A DNA stretch of 64,000 nucleotides from Candidatus Spongiisociaceae bacterium (GCA_965202665.1 OZ241841.1:123646-187645), one strand, 5' to 3'. Counted from the stretch's first letter, positions 18,240-28,314 are shown. Notes: a model not told the origin generated them from the letters alone. Program-made: numbers and translations.

Positions 18240-19561
18240 TAAACGAAAATTGGATAAAGACCACTTTAGGCGAATGCGCGATTATAAACGAACGCACATA
18301 TCGTCCAAGCGAGCAATGGCCGTTTGTCAACTACCTTGAGACTGGTCAAATAACCGATAATAGAATTTCTGGTATCCACCATTTTGATGCCAGCAAAGAC
18401 AAAATACCATCCCGTGCTCGCCGAAAAGTACGGCCGGGCGATATCGTTTATTCCACGGTCATAGCAAATAAAAATAATTTCGGCATCATCAAAAAGGTAT
18501 TTGACAACTTCTTAGTTTCCACTGCTTTTGCCGTAATACGCGGAAAGCCATACATAGCAGACACACCATATATTTACTATTATATTACTCAAAAAAATAT
18601 AAGAAATTACTTTCATACGTTAGCCCAGCAAAGCTCGTCAGTAATACCTGCATTACAAATTAGAGACCTTGAGGAACTGCAAATACCACTGCCCCCAATC
18701 GAACAACAACAATCTATCATTCATATTCTGGAAACTTTTGACAACAAAATACACTTGAATCAGCAAATGAACAGAACTTTGGAGGAGATATCTAGGGCAT
18801 TGTTTAAATCGTGGTTTGTTGATTTTGATCCAGTTCGGGCTAAAATGGACGGTAGCTGGCAACCCGACCAATCACTCCCCGGTTTACCCGCAGAACTCTA
18901 CGATCTCTTCCCCGATCGCCTTTTACCCTCTAAACTGGGTGAGCAACCAGAGGGATGGGATATAGTAACAATAGGAGATATATCAACCATTGTCGGCGGT
19001 GCTACACCCAGTACTAGCCAACACATTTTTTGGGAAGACGGCCACCATCCCTGGGTCACCCCCAAAGATGTCTCTGCGCTTTCTACTCCAGTTCTCCTGA
19101 CAACCTCTCGTAAAATAACTGATGCTGGATTAGAATGTATAAGTTCAGGACTTTTACCTCAAGGTACAGTACTAATGTCTTCGAGAGCTCCAATAGGATA
19201 TTTAGCTATAACTGAAATACCTTTAGCTATCAATCAAGGATTCATTGCCATATTACCTAACAAAAATATATCAAACTTATTTTTTCTTTACTGGTGTGAA
19301 TATAATATATCGCATATAATTAATTATGCCAACGGTTCTACGTTTCTTGAAATAAATAAGAGAAATTTTAGGAACATTAATCTATCATTACCTATACGAC
19401 CTATCTTAAAAATTTACGATGAAATAGTAAGAAATTTATATGAACAAATGAAGTCAAATGAAATAGAAAATATACTCCTCGTAAACATGCGCGATGCTCT
19501 TTTGCCGAAATTGTTGTCGGGGGAAATTCGGGTTGAGGATTTGGAAGGGGTTTTGGGATGA
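18236..19561 (+). CDS. hsdS: type I restriction-modification specificity subunit HsdS (two target-recognition domains)
   Basis: The 441-aa protein has two TRD-like halves separated by a conserved helical spacer ([48 protein letters not shown]). The C-terminal repeat reads ...[16 protein letters not shown] overlaps occur at both ends. Confidence 0.85.
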   Translation: MINENWIKTTLGECAIINERTYRPSEQWPFVNYLETGQITDNRISGIHHFDASKDKIPSRARRKVRPGDIVYSTVIANKNNFGIIKKVFDNFLVSTAFAVIRGKPYIADTPYIYYYITQKNIRNYFHTLAQQSSSVIPALQIRDLEELQIPLPPIEQQQSIIHILETFDNKIHLNQQMNRTLEEISRALFKSWFVDFDPVRAKMDGSWQPDQSLPGLPAELYDLFPDRLLPSKLGEQPEGWDIVTIGDISTIVGGATPSTSQHIFWEDGHHPWVTPKDVSALSTPVLLTTSRKITDAGLECISSGLLPQGTVLMSSRAPIGYLAITEIPLAINQGFIAILPNKNISNLFFLYWCEYNISHIINYANGSTFLEINKRNFRNINLSLPIRPILKIYDEIVRNLYEQMKSNEIENILLVNMRDALLPKLLSGEIRVEDLEGVLG

Positions 19562-22500
19562 CGTCTTTAGGTATTGACGAATCGGTGGTTCAGCAACAGG
19601 CTTTGGAACTGCTGGAGGGTCTGGGATGGGATATCGGGGGGGCTTTGCCTGGGCCGGACAGCCTCTATTCGGAGCGGAGCGGGTACGATCAGGTGGTGTT
19701 GGAAGGCCGGTTGCGACAGGCTATCGCCCGACTCAACCCGGACTTGCCGGCGGCGGCGCGAGAGGATGCCCTGCGCCGTGTAACCCGGCCGGAAGGGTCG
19801 TCTTTGGAACACCGTAACCGTCATTTTCATCAGATGTTGGTCAACGGCGTTACGGTGGAATACCGCTCCTCCGACGATGGCATTCGGGGGGCGCAGGCCC
19901 GAATCATCGACTTCGGCCGTCCGGAAAACAACGACTGGCTGGCGTTCTCCGAATTCATCGTCCGGGAAGGAAACCATCAGCGGCGGGCTGACATCGTCCT
20001 GTTCGTCAACGGCCTGCCGCTGGGCGTCGTCGAATTCAAAAATCCGTTGGACGAGGACGCCACCATCTGGACCGCTTGGAGCCAACTCCAAACCTACAAA
20101 AACGAACTTCCCGCCCTGTTCTCCATGAACGAGCTGTTGATCCTGTCCGACGGGCTGGAGGCGCGGGTGGGGACGCTCACCTCCGGGCGGGAATGGTTCA
20201 AACCGTGGCGCATCTTCCCCGACCCTGAATCCGATGACCGCTCCGGCCCATCGCACGGGTTGCAACTGGAAACGATGTTCGACGGCGTCCTCCACCACGA
20301 CCGGTTCCTGTCCCTGATACGCGATTTCATCGTCTTCGAAGGCCGGGAAGGCGAACGCCCGGTCAAGAAAATGGCCGGATACCACCAGTTCCACGCGGTG
20401 CGGACGGCGGTGGAGGAAACCCGGCGGGCCGCCCTGATGCGGGACGCTCCCCCGCCCGAACCGGATCGGAAGCCGGGCGGCGAACCGGGCGACCGGCGCA
20501 TCGGAGTGGTGTGGCACACCCAGGGAGCGGGCAAAAGCCTGACCATGCTCTTCTACGCCGGGCGGATCATCCGCGAACCGGACATGGGCAACCCGACCAT
20601 CGTCGTCCTGAGCGACCGCAACGACTTGGACGACCAGCTGTTCGGCGTCTTCGCCCGATGCCAAGAATTGCTCCGCCAGCCGCCCGCCCAAGCCGAAAGC
20701 CGAGCCGACCTGCGCCGCAAACTGGAGGTGGAAGCGGGCGGGGTGGTGTTCACCACCATCCAGAAATTTTTCCCCGATGAGAAAGGCGACCGGCATCCGA
20801 TCCTGTCGGAGCGGCGCAACATCGTGGTCATCGCCGACGAAGCCCACCGCAGCCAATACGATTTCATCGACGGCTACGCCCGCCATATGCGCGACGCCCT
20901 CCCGCATGCTTCCTTCGTCGGCTTCACCGGAACGCCCGTCGAGAAACAGGACGCCAACACCCGGGCCGTGTTCGGCGACTACATCAGCATCTACGACATC
21001 AAACGTTCCGTGGACGACCGGGCCACCGTCCCAATTTTCTACGAAAGCCGCCTGGCCTGTCTGTCCCTGGATGAAGAACATAGGCCGGTCATCGACGAAA
21101 CCTTTGAGGAGGTGACCGAAGGGGAGGAAACGGAACGGAAGGACAAACTGAAACACAAGTGGGCGCAACTGGAGGCGGTGGTCGGGGCTGAAGAGCGGTT
21201 GCGGGCGGTGGCCGAAGACATCGTCGTCCATTTTGAGAACCGGCTGGAAGCCTTGGACGGCAAAGCGATGGTGGTGTGCATGAGCAGGCGCATCTGCGTC
21301 GACCTGTTCCGGGAAATCACGCGCCTCCGGCCCGACTGGGGCGATCCCGCCGACGACCGGGGGCGGATAAAAATCGTGATGACCGGGGCCGCTTCCGACC
21401 CGGCCGACTGGCAACGGCACATCCGCAACAAAACCCGCCGGGAGGCTTTGGCCAACCGTTTCCGAGACCCGGACGACCCGTTGCGGATGGTTCTGGTGCG
21501 GGATATGTGGCTGACCGGGTTCGACGCCCCCAGCTTGCACACCATGTATTTGGACAAGCCGATGCGGGGGCACGGGCTGATGCAGGCCATCGCCCGGGTC
21601 AACCGGGTTTTTAAAGACAAACCGGGCGGGCTGGTCGTGGACTATCTGGGCATAGCGCATGAACTGAAAGAGGCGTTGGCCGTCTACTCCGACAGCGGCG
21701 GGCGGGGCGATGTGGCGCCGGACCAGAAACAGGCCCGGGATCTCCTGCAAGAAAAATACGAGGTGTGCCTTGGGCTGTTCCACGGGTTCGACTGGTCGGG
21801 TTGGACTGAGGGGGGCAACATGGAGCGGTTGCGGATATTGCCGGCCGCTTTTGAGCACATCTTGGCGCAACCGGACGGCAAAGACCGGTTCGTGCGAGCG
21901 GTGCGGGAAACATCGCAGGCTTTCGCCCTGGCCGTGCCCCATCCTTACACGGCGGAAATACGGGACGACGTAGCGTTTTTCCAGGCGGTGCGGGCCAGCC
22001 TGATGAAACGCACCGCGAGCGAAGGCAAGCCGGAGGAAACCTTGGATCAGGCGGTGCGGCAAATACTGTCCCTGGCGGTGGTGTCGGAAGGCGTGATGGA
22101 CGTGTTCGCCGCCGCTGGCTTGGACAAACCCGACATTTCGGTCCTCTCCGATGAGTTCCTAGCCGAAGTGCGGGACATGCCCCGCCGCCACCTGGCCGTG
22201 GAAGCGTTGCAACGTCTGCTGAGGGGGGAGGTGCGAAACCGGCGGGGCCGGAACGTGGTGCAAGGGGAAATGTTCTCGCAAATGTTGGAGGACGCCATCC
22301 GCCGCTACCAGAACCGTTCCATAGAAGCGGCGCAGGTGATCGAGGAACTGATCGAACTAGCCCGGGAAATGCGGGCCGCCAACGAACGGGGCGAGCAACT
22401 GGGGCTGAGCGAAGAAGAGACGGCCTTCTACGACGCGTTGGAAACCAACGACAGCGCGGTGCAGGTGATGGGGGACGCGGTGCTGTGCCAAATAGCACGG

Positions 22501-22689
22501 GAACTGGTGGAAACGGTGCGCGCCAACGCCAAAATCGACTGGACCCGCCGGGAGGATGTCCGCGCCCAACTGCGGGTGGCCGTCAAACGACTGCTCCGCA
22601 GACATGGCTACCCGCCTGACAAGCAGGAGAAGGCCACCAACACCGTAATCAAGCAAGCGGAAGCCCTAACCACCACCTGGCTCACCTAA
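19558..22689 (+). CDS. hsdR: type I restriction endonuclease subunit HsdR
   Basis: The 1043-aa protein has an N-terminal nuclease region ([18 protein letters not shown]). The SF2 helicase motifs are [26 protein letters not shown] and QAIARVNR. Confidence 0.9.
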   Translation: MTSLGIDESVVQQQALELLEGLGWDIGGALPGPDSLYSERSGYDQVVLEGRLRQAIARLNPDLPAAAREDALRRVTRPEGSSLEHRNRHFHQMLVNGVTVEYRSSDDGIRGAQARIIDFGRPENNDWLAFSEFIVREGNHQRRADIVLFVNGLPLGVVEFKNPLDEDATIWTAWSQLQTYKNELPALFSMNELLILSDGLEARVGTLTSGREWFKPWRIFPDPESDDRSGPSHGLQLETMFDGVLHHDRFLSLIRDFIVFEGREGERPVKKMAGYHQFHAVRTAVEETRRAALMRDAPPPEPDRKPGGEPGDRRIGVVWHTQGAGKSLTMLFYAGRIIREPDMGNPTIVVLSDRNDLDDQLFGVFARCQELLRQPPAQAESRADLRRKLEVEAGGVVFTTIQKFFPDEKGDRHPILSERRNIVVIADEAHRSQYDFIDGYARHMRDALPHASFVGFTGTPVEKQDANTRAVFGDYISIYDIKRSVDDRATVPIFYESRLACLSLDEEHRPVIDETFEEVTEGEETERKDKLKHKWAQLEAVVGAEERLRAVAEDIVVHFENRLEALDGKAMVVCMSRRICVDLFREITRLRPDWGDPADDRGRIKIVMTGAASDPADWQRHIRNKTRREALANRFRDPDDPLRMVLVRDMWLTGFDAPSLHTMYLDKPMRGHGLMQAIARVNRVFKDKPGGLVVDYLGIAHELKEALAVYSDSGGRGDVAPDQKQARDLLQEKYEVCLGLFHGFDWSGWTEGGNMERLRILPAAFEHILAQPDGKDRFVRAVRETSQAFALAVPHPYTAEIRDDVAFFQAVRASLMKRTASEGKPEETLDQAVRQILSLAVVSEGVMDVFAAAGLDKPDISVLSDEFLAEVRDMPRRHLAVEALQRLLRGEVRNRRGRNVVQGEMFSQMLEDAIRRYQNRSIEAAQVIEELIELAREMRAANERGEQLGLSEEETAFYDALETNDSAVQVMGDAVLCQIARELVETVRANAKIDWTRREDVRAQLRVAVKRLLRRHGYPPDKQEKATNTVIKQAEALTTTWLT

Positions 22690-22746
22690 CCCCGCCCGTA
22701 TGCTACACTATGCCTTCTAGGCTATACGCTTACCTAGAAAGGAAGA

Positions 22747-23367
22747 GTGCCAATGTTGCCTCCCAACCCGAATGAGATCTTTGGAACCAAAGATGTTATT
22801 CAGGAACTGAAAACGAAACTCATCAACGAGTTACGCAAGGTTCGCAATCCTGTCAGCTTCAACAGTGTTGATTCCTACGTAAAGGAGTTTTCAGTAGAGA
22901 TTCCCGTCTTAAGGAAACATCAAACAAAGATTGGGGTTGATAAAGCATTCCCTGCTGGGGCTGAATATTTTAGTAGAAATTGTAGTCCATATACTATGAT
23001 ACCCGGAAAAGAGTTCATTCTCGTTATACCTTTTATAGGAGATGCTAGAGTGTTTTATCATATGCCTTCCTCCTGGCTTGTCTCTGGTCGACAAGAAGGA
23101 GATATAGAAAATAATAGATTGGTTATAAAGTTCGGGGTATTGACTTATGGGCTGGCAAATCCTAAAAAAGATATTCCAAATAATGTCAATAAACGGAGGC
23201 AAGATATTATAGATCGTATTGAAAGGTGGTACGAGTTAGTTAAAAAAGATTTTATTAACTGGAACAACAACTTGAATAGTTTTGTTGAATCTCAGATTGT
23301 TGCGAGAAAGAAAGAAATTGAAATAGAGGCCGAAATAAATATAGCTATCAATAATAGTTTAGATTGA
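22747..23367 (+). CDS. hypothetical protein (AT-rich orphan downstream of hsdR)
   Basis: The ORF is 206 aa (more likely starting at ATG 22753, which lies behind AGGAAG). It has clean coding-like composition and a predicted coiled-coil tail. No motif was recognised. Confidence 0.5.
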   Translation: MPMLPPNPNEIFGTKDVIQELKTKLINELRKVRNPVSFNSVDSYVKEFSVEIPVLRKHQTKIGVDKAFPAGAEYFSRNCSPYTMIPGKEFILVIPFIGDARVFYHMPSSWLVSGRQEGDIENNRLVIKFGVLTYGLANPKKDIPNNVNKRRQDIIDRIERWYELVKKDFINWNNNLNSFVESQIVARKKEIEIEAEINIAINNSLD

Positions 23368-23487
23368 GCATTGCCCCTAAATTGTTTTGTCGAGGCTCTC
23401 CCTGTTCGGCCCGGGGATAGCGTCAAGGTGACGGCGGAGATGCCAGCCGGGTGCTACCGGGAAACTGATAGGCTGAAAAAAGGGAGG

Positions 23488-23709
23488 CTACCGAATAGCG
23501 GAGGTCAGGTTAATCTCCTCCTCGGTTACTTCGTGTAGAGAAACCGCGCTGGCGGGGTCCTCTATCCGAACTTCGAGCCTGTAACCCAGCGTCTGCGCCA
23601 ACAGGTCTATCTTCACATCCGTTACTGTTGAGACTTCGTGCCCCGGGTGGTCTATAAACCATTCCTTAGCAGCCCAGACGCGTTCGACCACCAATGTTTC
23701 TTCGGTCAT
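23488..23709 (-). CDS. hypothetical small acidic protein
   Basis: The ORF is 73 aa. Its start overlaps the stop of the upstream 192-aa ORF (ATGA). Confidence 0.4.
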   Translation of the reverse strand: MTEETLVVERVWAAKEWFIDHPGHEVSTVTDVKIDLLAQTLGYRLEVRIEDPASAVSLHEVTEEEINLTSAIR

Positions 23710-24284
23710 TTGTCTGTCCCTCCTTCGTTGTTCTTATTCGCCTGTTGAATTTTGAGTTTGACAAGAGTCTTGATGTCCCTGATTAGATAATTGAGGGCGG
23801 GTTTGTTTCCCTCCACAAAAGGGTCTAACCCGGTCTTCTGATGGTAGGAAGTGCCTACTAGGCTCGTCGCCGACAAAATAAACGATGCCTCCTTTTTGAG
23901 CCATAGTCTCCGCCAGGAGATGTGGCAAGTGATTGGGGGAAGAAACCCGCGTTCGGTGTCGGCTGCCATGAATGCTGTGGTGATGTGGTAGGTGCGCTTT
24001 GTCTGGGAGGTGAAGATGGCAGGATGAGACTCTACATTCTCCTCCACGTATAATACGTGAGCATCCCATCTTTCCCATTCCTCCGGGTTTGTTTTGGAGA
24101 ATGAAACCCGAACATCTTTGCAGGGACGAAAACCCTCTTGGTGCACCCGGCAAACCATCGCCGTCCCCTCAATCTCTAAAAAGGCAACCATGCGAGGGAG
24201 GCCTTTGCCGGACAGCCAGGCTACTCCAAGCGCGCCTCCCGCGCCGACCACGGCGGGAAGCAACAACTCTAATATCACCGCCAT
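23706..24284 (-). CDS. hypothetical protein with N-terminal transmembrane anchor
   Basis: The 192-aa ORF has the hydrophobic N-terminus MAVILELLLPAVVGAGGALGVAWL. No motif was recognised. Confidence 0.45.
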   Translation of the reverse strand: MAVILELLLPAVVGAGGALGVAWLSGKGLPRMVAFLEIEGTAMVCRVHQEGFRPCKDVRVSFSKTNPEEWERWDAHVLYVEENVESHPAIFTSQTKRTYHITTAFMAADTERGFLPPITCHISWRRLWLKKEASFILSATSLVGTSYHQKTGLDPFVEGNKPALNYLIRDIKTLVKLKIQQANKNNEGGTDK

Positions 24285-24299
24285 ATTAGCCTCCTTGTT

Positions 24300-25060
24300 T
24301 CGGGGACATTAGATTGCCGTTCGACTCCGGTCAGCATAGCGGTATTCCCTTTTGCCCGGTGTTTGGCGGGCTGGCCGACCGCATACGGGGTGCGGGGGAG
24401 CAGGGTGTTCCCCAACAGGCAGGAATGAAGCCCTGTGCTATCAGGGTCCGTTTCATCGTTGCTTCCCCTCCTCGGCTCCCCCGCGGAGGAACATTGCGTG
24501 GGACACATCCTTTCATTTCCTCGCCACCGCCGCGGCGGACGCCAGGTCGGCGGCCAACCCATAATGTGGGTGATGCTTTTTTGGTGGAAGTTGTTGAGGG
24601 CGCGGGCGGTGAACGCGGCGACGGTGGTTCCTTTCTCGTCCGGCAACGGTTCGGAGTAGGCAAGGCGGGTGTAGTCGTCCACTATAGAGTGCACAAAGGT
24701 CCATCCCGCTCCCCGGCGGGAGCGTTGCCCCGGCCGCGTATCTTCCATCCCCGCCGGGGGGGTATGGAAGCAAGATTCTTAACGTCCATATGCAGCAACT
24801 CCCCCATCCTGTCCCGTTCATACCGTATCACCCTCTCAGGGCGGGTTTTGAGAGGCTCGCCGGTCGAACGGGCCGCATCCCCAAAGACACGGCACCCCAT
24901 GACGGCGGAGGATGCGGCTGATCGTCCGCTCCGGCACCCCCGTAAACACCGACAACCGACCCGGCCCCGCCCACAACGCCCGCCGCACCCGCAACACCTG
25001 TTCCTCCACCGCCGGGCTGATGGTACGTATGGCACCCTGCCAGATTCCCAGTCGTTGGCG
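24300..25060 (-). pseudogene. IS481-type transposase remnant with multiple frameshifts, truncated at both ends
   Basis: Consecutive transposase pieces lie in different minus-strand frames. They are GVPERTISRILRRHGVP (my reading of the reverse complement near 24900-25040), RPERVIRYERDRMGELLHMDVKNL (ORF 24682-25035) and FVHSIVDDYTRLAYSEPLPDEKGTTVAAFTARALNNFH (ORF 24275-24748). Confidence 0.6.
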
Positions 25061-25070
25061 TGATTGGTGC

Positions 25071-25277
25071 CTAAAGATCAGATTCTTTGATCCCCGCCAA
25101 TTTCATTATATGTCTCTGCAGACCTGGTTTCAGATCGCGATTTCCGTGTACGGGAACAGATATGTTCACCTTCGTCTTCGGCTCATAATACACATAATGA
25201 CTGCCTCTTATGTTTTTCAGGATGCAACCGTGCTCGTCGAGAACCTTGCACATCCTTTTTCCGCTTATGATTTTCAA
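25071..25277 (-). CDS. hicA: HicA mRNA interferase toxin
   Basis: The 68-aa protein reads ...KVLDEHGCILKNIRGSHYVYY.....ISVPVHGNRDLKPGLQRHIMKLAGI, which is the YcfA/HicA pattern. Confidence 0.8.
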   Translation of the reverse strand: MKIISGKRMCKVLDEHGCILKNIRGSHYVYYEPKTKVNISVPVHGNRDLKPGLQRHIMKLAGIKESDL

Positions 25278-25498
25278 ACTGCGACCTCCACTTTGCTACC
25301 TAGCCCAGGGGTGAACTCCGCGACCTGCTCTTGCTTGTCATCCATTTGGACAGCTACGCTGAGTACCGCTATAATAGCTTCTTTTATGTTGTAAATCATT
25401 TCTTCCAGGGTGTCGCCTTGCGAGCAGCAACCGGGCAGATCGGGCACCTCCGCCCAGAACCCGCCGTCTTCCTCGTGTATGATGACGGTAAATTTCAT
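25274..25498 (-). CDS. hicB: HicB antitoxin
   Basis: The 74-aa protein reads MKFTVIIHEEDGGFWAEVPDLPGCCSQGDTLEEMIYNIKEAI. It has an ATGA overlap with hicA. Confidence 0.8.
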   Translation of the reverse strand: MKFTVIIHEEDGGFWAEVPDLPGCCSQGDTLEEMIYNIKEAIIAVLSVAVQMDDKQEQVAEFTPGLGSKVEVAV

Positions 25499-25558
25499 CC
25501 CTGTGCTTCCCTTTCCTTGGGTATTTCTCGACTATATTAGCATACGCGGAGGGTTGGG

Positions 25559-28261
25559 TTAGGCGGGGGCGGGGGTTTCTAGGTCTTCAGCCGTCATTAG
25601 GACTTCTCGGGCTTTGGAGCCTTCGGAGGGGCCCACTACGCCCTGTTGCTCAAGGATGTCCATTACCCGTCCCGCACGGGCGAAGCCGATGCGCAGTTTG
25701 CGTTGCAACATGGACGTGGAGCCTAGTTGCGAGCGCACCACCAGCTCGGTGGCCTGCTTCACCAACGCCGCCTCTTCGTCGTCTATTTCTTCGGCGGCGG
25801 CGGCCGCGGCCTCCTCTTTGGCGGCCGTCACCTCCTCGGAAATCTTCTTGTAGTCCGCCTCCCGCTGTTCGGCCGACCACTTCACCACCGCCCGCACCTC
25901 GTCTTCCCCCACCCACGCCCCCTGCACCCGTTGCGGACGCGGCTCGCGGGCGGTAACCAGCAGCATGTCCCCCATTCCCACCAGTTTGTCCGCCCCCACC
26001 GAATCGATGATCACCCGGGAGTCGGTCTGGGAAGCCACCGCAAAAGCCATACGGCTGGGCACGTTGGCTTTGATGACCCCGGTGATCACGTTCACCGACG
26101 GGCGCTGCGTGGCGATCACCAAATGAATCCCCACCGCCCGGGCCATCTGGGCGATGCGGACGATGGCGCTCTCCACCTCCCGCCCGGCCACCATCATCAG
26201 ATCGTTCAACTCGTCGATCAGCACCACCAGATAGGGGAACCGGTCAAACCCTTCCTCCGGCAACTCTTTTTTGTCGAACTTGTCCTGGTAGCCGATGATG
26301 TCCCGCACCCCCGCCTCGGCCAGCAGGTCGTAGCGCCGGTCCATCTCCGCCACCGCCCACTGCAAAGCCTCCACCGCCTTCTTCGGACTGGTTATCACCT
26401 TCGTCAGCAGATGGGGCACCCCGTTGTACTGCCCCAGCTCCACCCGCTTCGGATCCACCATTATCAGCCGCATGTCATCGGGGCGGGTGCGCACCAGCAA
26501 CGACGTGACAATGGAATTGATGCAGGACGATTTGCCCGCCCCGGTCGCCCCGGCGATCAGCACATGGGGCAGCTCGGACAGGTTGGCCAGCACCGGCTTC
26601 CCCGAAATGTCCTCCCCCAGGCCGACCGTCAGCGGATGGGTGAGGGCCTTGGCTTCTTTGGAGGCCAGCACATCGCCCAAAGTGACCAGGCGGCGGTCCG
26701 GGTTGGGCACTTCCACCCCGATGGCCGACCGGCCGGGAATGGGGGCCAGCATCCGCACGTCCGGCGTGGCCATGGCGTAGGCGATGTCCCCGGACAGGTT
26801 GGTCACCCGCGACACTTTCACCCCCGGGGCCAACTCGATCTCATAGCGGGTGACGGTCGGGCCGGCCACCACGTTGGTCAGCCGGGCGTCCACCTGATGC
26901 TGGCGCAAAGTGTTCTCCAACTGCCGGGCGGTCTGTTCCAGCATATTGCGGTCCGGGCCCCCGCCCGACGCCCCCCGATTCAGCATTTTCAACGGAGGCA
27001 ACCGGTACCCTTTGGAGGATTTGGCGACGGCGGGTTTGGGAGCGGGAGCAGCCTCGCCGCTAGTCTCACCCTTAACTTGACCGTTAGGCGAGGGGGGCTT
27101 TGGTGAGTTCGCCGCCGCTTGTGCGGCAACGGTAACTGCGGAATCCTGGGCCGGAGGGGCCTTGGCCTGTCCGTTGGCGGCGGGATGCCCGGCATGCCCG
27201 GCTTGATAACCTTGAAGCGGAGGTTGAGGGCGGGCCGCCTGGGGGGGATGCGCCCGGGCGGCCGGGGCCGGGGGACGCTGACGGTAACGGGCCGGGTTGG
27301 GACGCAGCCGCTGACGGAAGGCCTCCCGGCTTTGCCCCAAACGTTTGAACATGTAGGAGGTCAACTCCACCGCCGCCCTCACCACCTGTCCCAGGGAGGT
27401 GCGGCACACCACCAGCACCCCGGTCATCGTCAAAGCGGTGATCACCAAAAAAGCCCCCCAAAAGCCCATCAGGCGGTGCAGCGGGAAAGCGAGCAAGGCC
27501 CCGAGGGCCCCGCCCCTTTCCCGCACCGCCTCTATGTTCCCCGCTAAAGCCACGTTGCCGGTCATTAGATGAAAGAGCGCCAACGAGCCGACCAAAGTCA
27601 ACAGCACGCCGAAAAATACCCGGCGATACTGATCTCGAAAGCGCCCCAGCAGCAACACGACTCCCAAACCGACTAAAACGGCCGGGGAGACATATACCCA
27701 AACACCCGCCAGGAAGCGGAATGTAGACAACATCCATGCGCCCAAAGGGCCCGCCTTCCCCCAAAACGACAGAAAAGCCAGCAGGCCGGATACTATCAAG
27801 GCCAGGCTCATCACGTCCCGGGGTTGGCGGACTAAACCAAAGCGAATACGGTCCCGCATCGCCCGCCACAAGGAGGGGCGGGCATCCCGGGCCGAAGCGG
27901 CCCCGCCGGAGCGGGAAGTTTCCGACCGGTTGCGGGAAGGGGAAGAGGGGGAATCTTTACGGGAACCGGTCGAACGGGCAGCGGCGCGGCCGGGGGCCGC
28001 TCCGCTGCGGGATGCGGACGACCGGGCGGAGGGGTTGCGGGAAGCAGAGGAACGAGCGGAAGCGGCGCGGTTGCGGGAAGCCTTAGAACTAGCGGAACTG
28101 CGGGAACGGGAAGAAGCGGCCGTACGCGACCGGCCCGCGCCGGACGGCGGAGAACGCCGCGCGGCGGTTTTGGCGCCCGCCCGGGCGCCCGGTTTTTTAG
28201 CAGTTGTCTGGGACACCCGTCTCCGCCCCGCGCCCTTACGGGTAGGTGTCGTCTTGGGCAT
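25559..28261 (-). CDS. ftsK: DNA translocase FtsK/SpoIIIE
   Basis: TM segments are followed by a Pro/Ala linker. The motor has Walker A (IAGATGAGKSSCIN) and Walker B (LVVLIDELNDL). The C-terminal gamma winged helix reads SMLQRKLRIGFARAGRVMD. I chose the ATG at 28261. Confidence 0.9.
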   Translation of the reverse strand: MPKTTPTRKGAGRRRVSQTTAKKPGARAGAKTAARRSPPSGAGRSRTAASSRSRSSASSKASRNRAASARSSASRNPSARSSASRSGAAPGRAAARSTGSRKDSPSSPSRNRSETSRSGGAASARDARPSLWRAMRDRIRFGLVRQPRDVMSLALIVSGLLAFLSFWGKAGPLGAWMLSTFRFLAGVWVYVSPAVLVGLGVVLLLGRFRDQYRRVFFGVLLTLVGSLALFHLMTGNVALAGNIEAVRERGGALGALLAFPLHRLMGFWGAFLVITALTMTGVLVVCRTSLGQVVRAAVELTSYMFKRLGQSREAFRQRLRPNPARYRQRPPAPAARAHPPQAARPQPPLQGYQAGHAGHPAANGQAKAPPAQDSAVTVAAQAAANSPKPPSPNGQVKGETSGEAAPAPKPAVAKSSKGYRLPPLKMLNRGASGGGPDRNMLEQTARQLENTLRQHQVDARLTNVVAGPTVTRYEIELAPGVKVSRVTNLSGDIAYAMATPDVRMLAPIPGRSAIGVEVPNPDRRLVTLGDVLASKEAKALTHPLTVGLGEDISGKPVLANLSELPHVLIAGATGAGKSSCINSIVTSLLVRTRPDDMRLIMVDPKRVELGQYNGVPHLLTKVITSPKKAVEALQWAVAEMDRRYDLLAEAGVRDIIGYQDKFDKKELPEEGFDRFPYLVVLIDELNDLMMVAGREVESAIVRIAQMARAVGIHLVIATQRPSVNVITGVIKANVPSRMAFAVASQTDSRVIIDSVGADKLVGMGDMLLVTAREPRPQRVQGAWVGEDEVRAVVKWSAEQREADYKKISEEVTAAKEEAAAAAAEEIDDEEAALVKQATELVVRSQLGSTSMLQRKLRIGFARAGRVMDILEQQGVVGPSEGSKAREVLMTAEDLETPAPA

Positions 28262-28314
28262 GCGCGGGCCAGTATAACACCTGCTTGGGACAACGCAAAG
28301 CATTATCCCGGGGA

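Noticed and set aside
19567-22062. An 831-aa antisense ORF inside hsdR, plus many other long antisense or off-frame ORFs. Examples are 1550-2263, 3284-4651, 4581-6269, 8523-10106, 12199-13611, 25727-27106, 28246-30282, 40823-42934, 42912-44423, 44672-46711, 45361-47979 and 57700-59088.
   Set aside because: Their translations are dominated by R/P/G/H/A runs with no motifs. Each lies opposite or out of frame to a gene with unambiguous conserved motifs. This is typical of stop-codon-poor shadow frames in high-GC DNA.
14857-25558. Interpreting the large AT-rich island as a prophage or integrative element.
   Set aside because: It has no integrase or recombinase, no capsid, tail or conjugation genes, no flanking tRNA and no direct repeats that I could find at the edges. 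The content is defence and TA genes plus an IS remnant, so it is better described as a decayed defence island.
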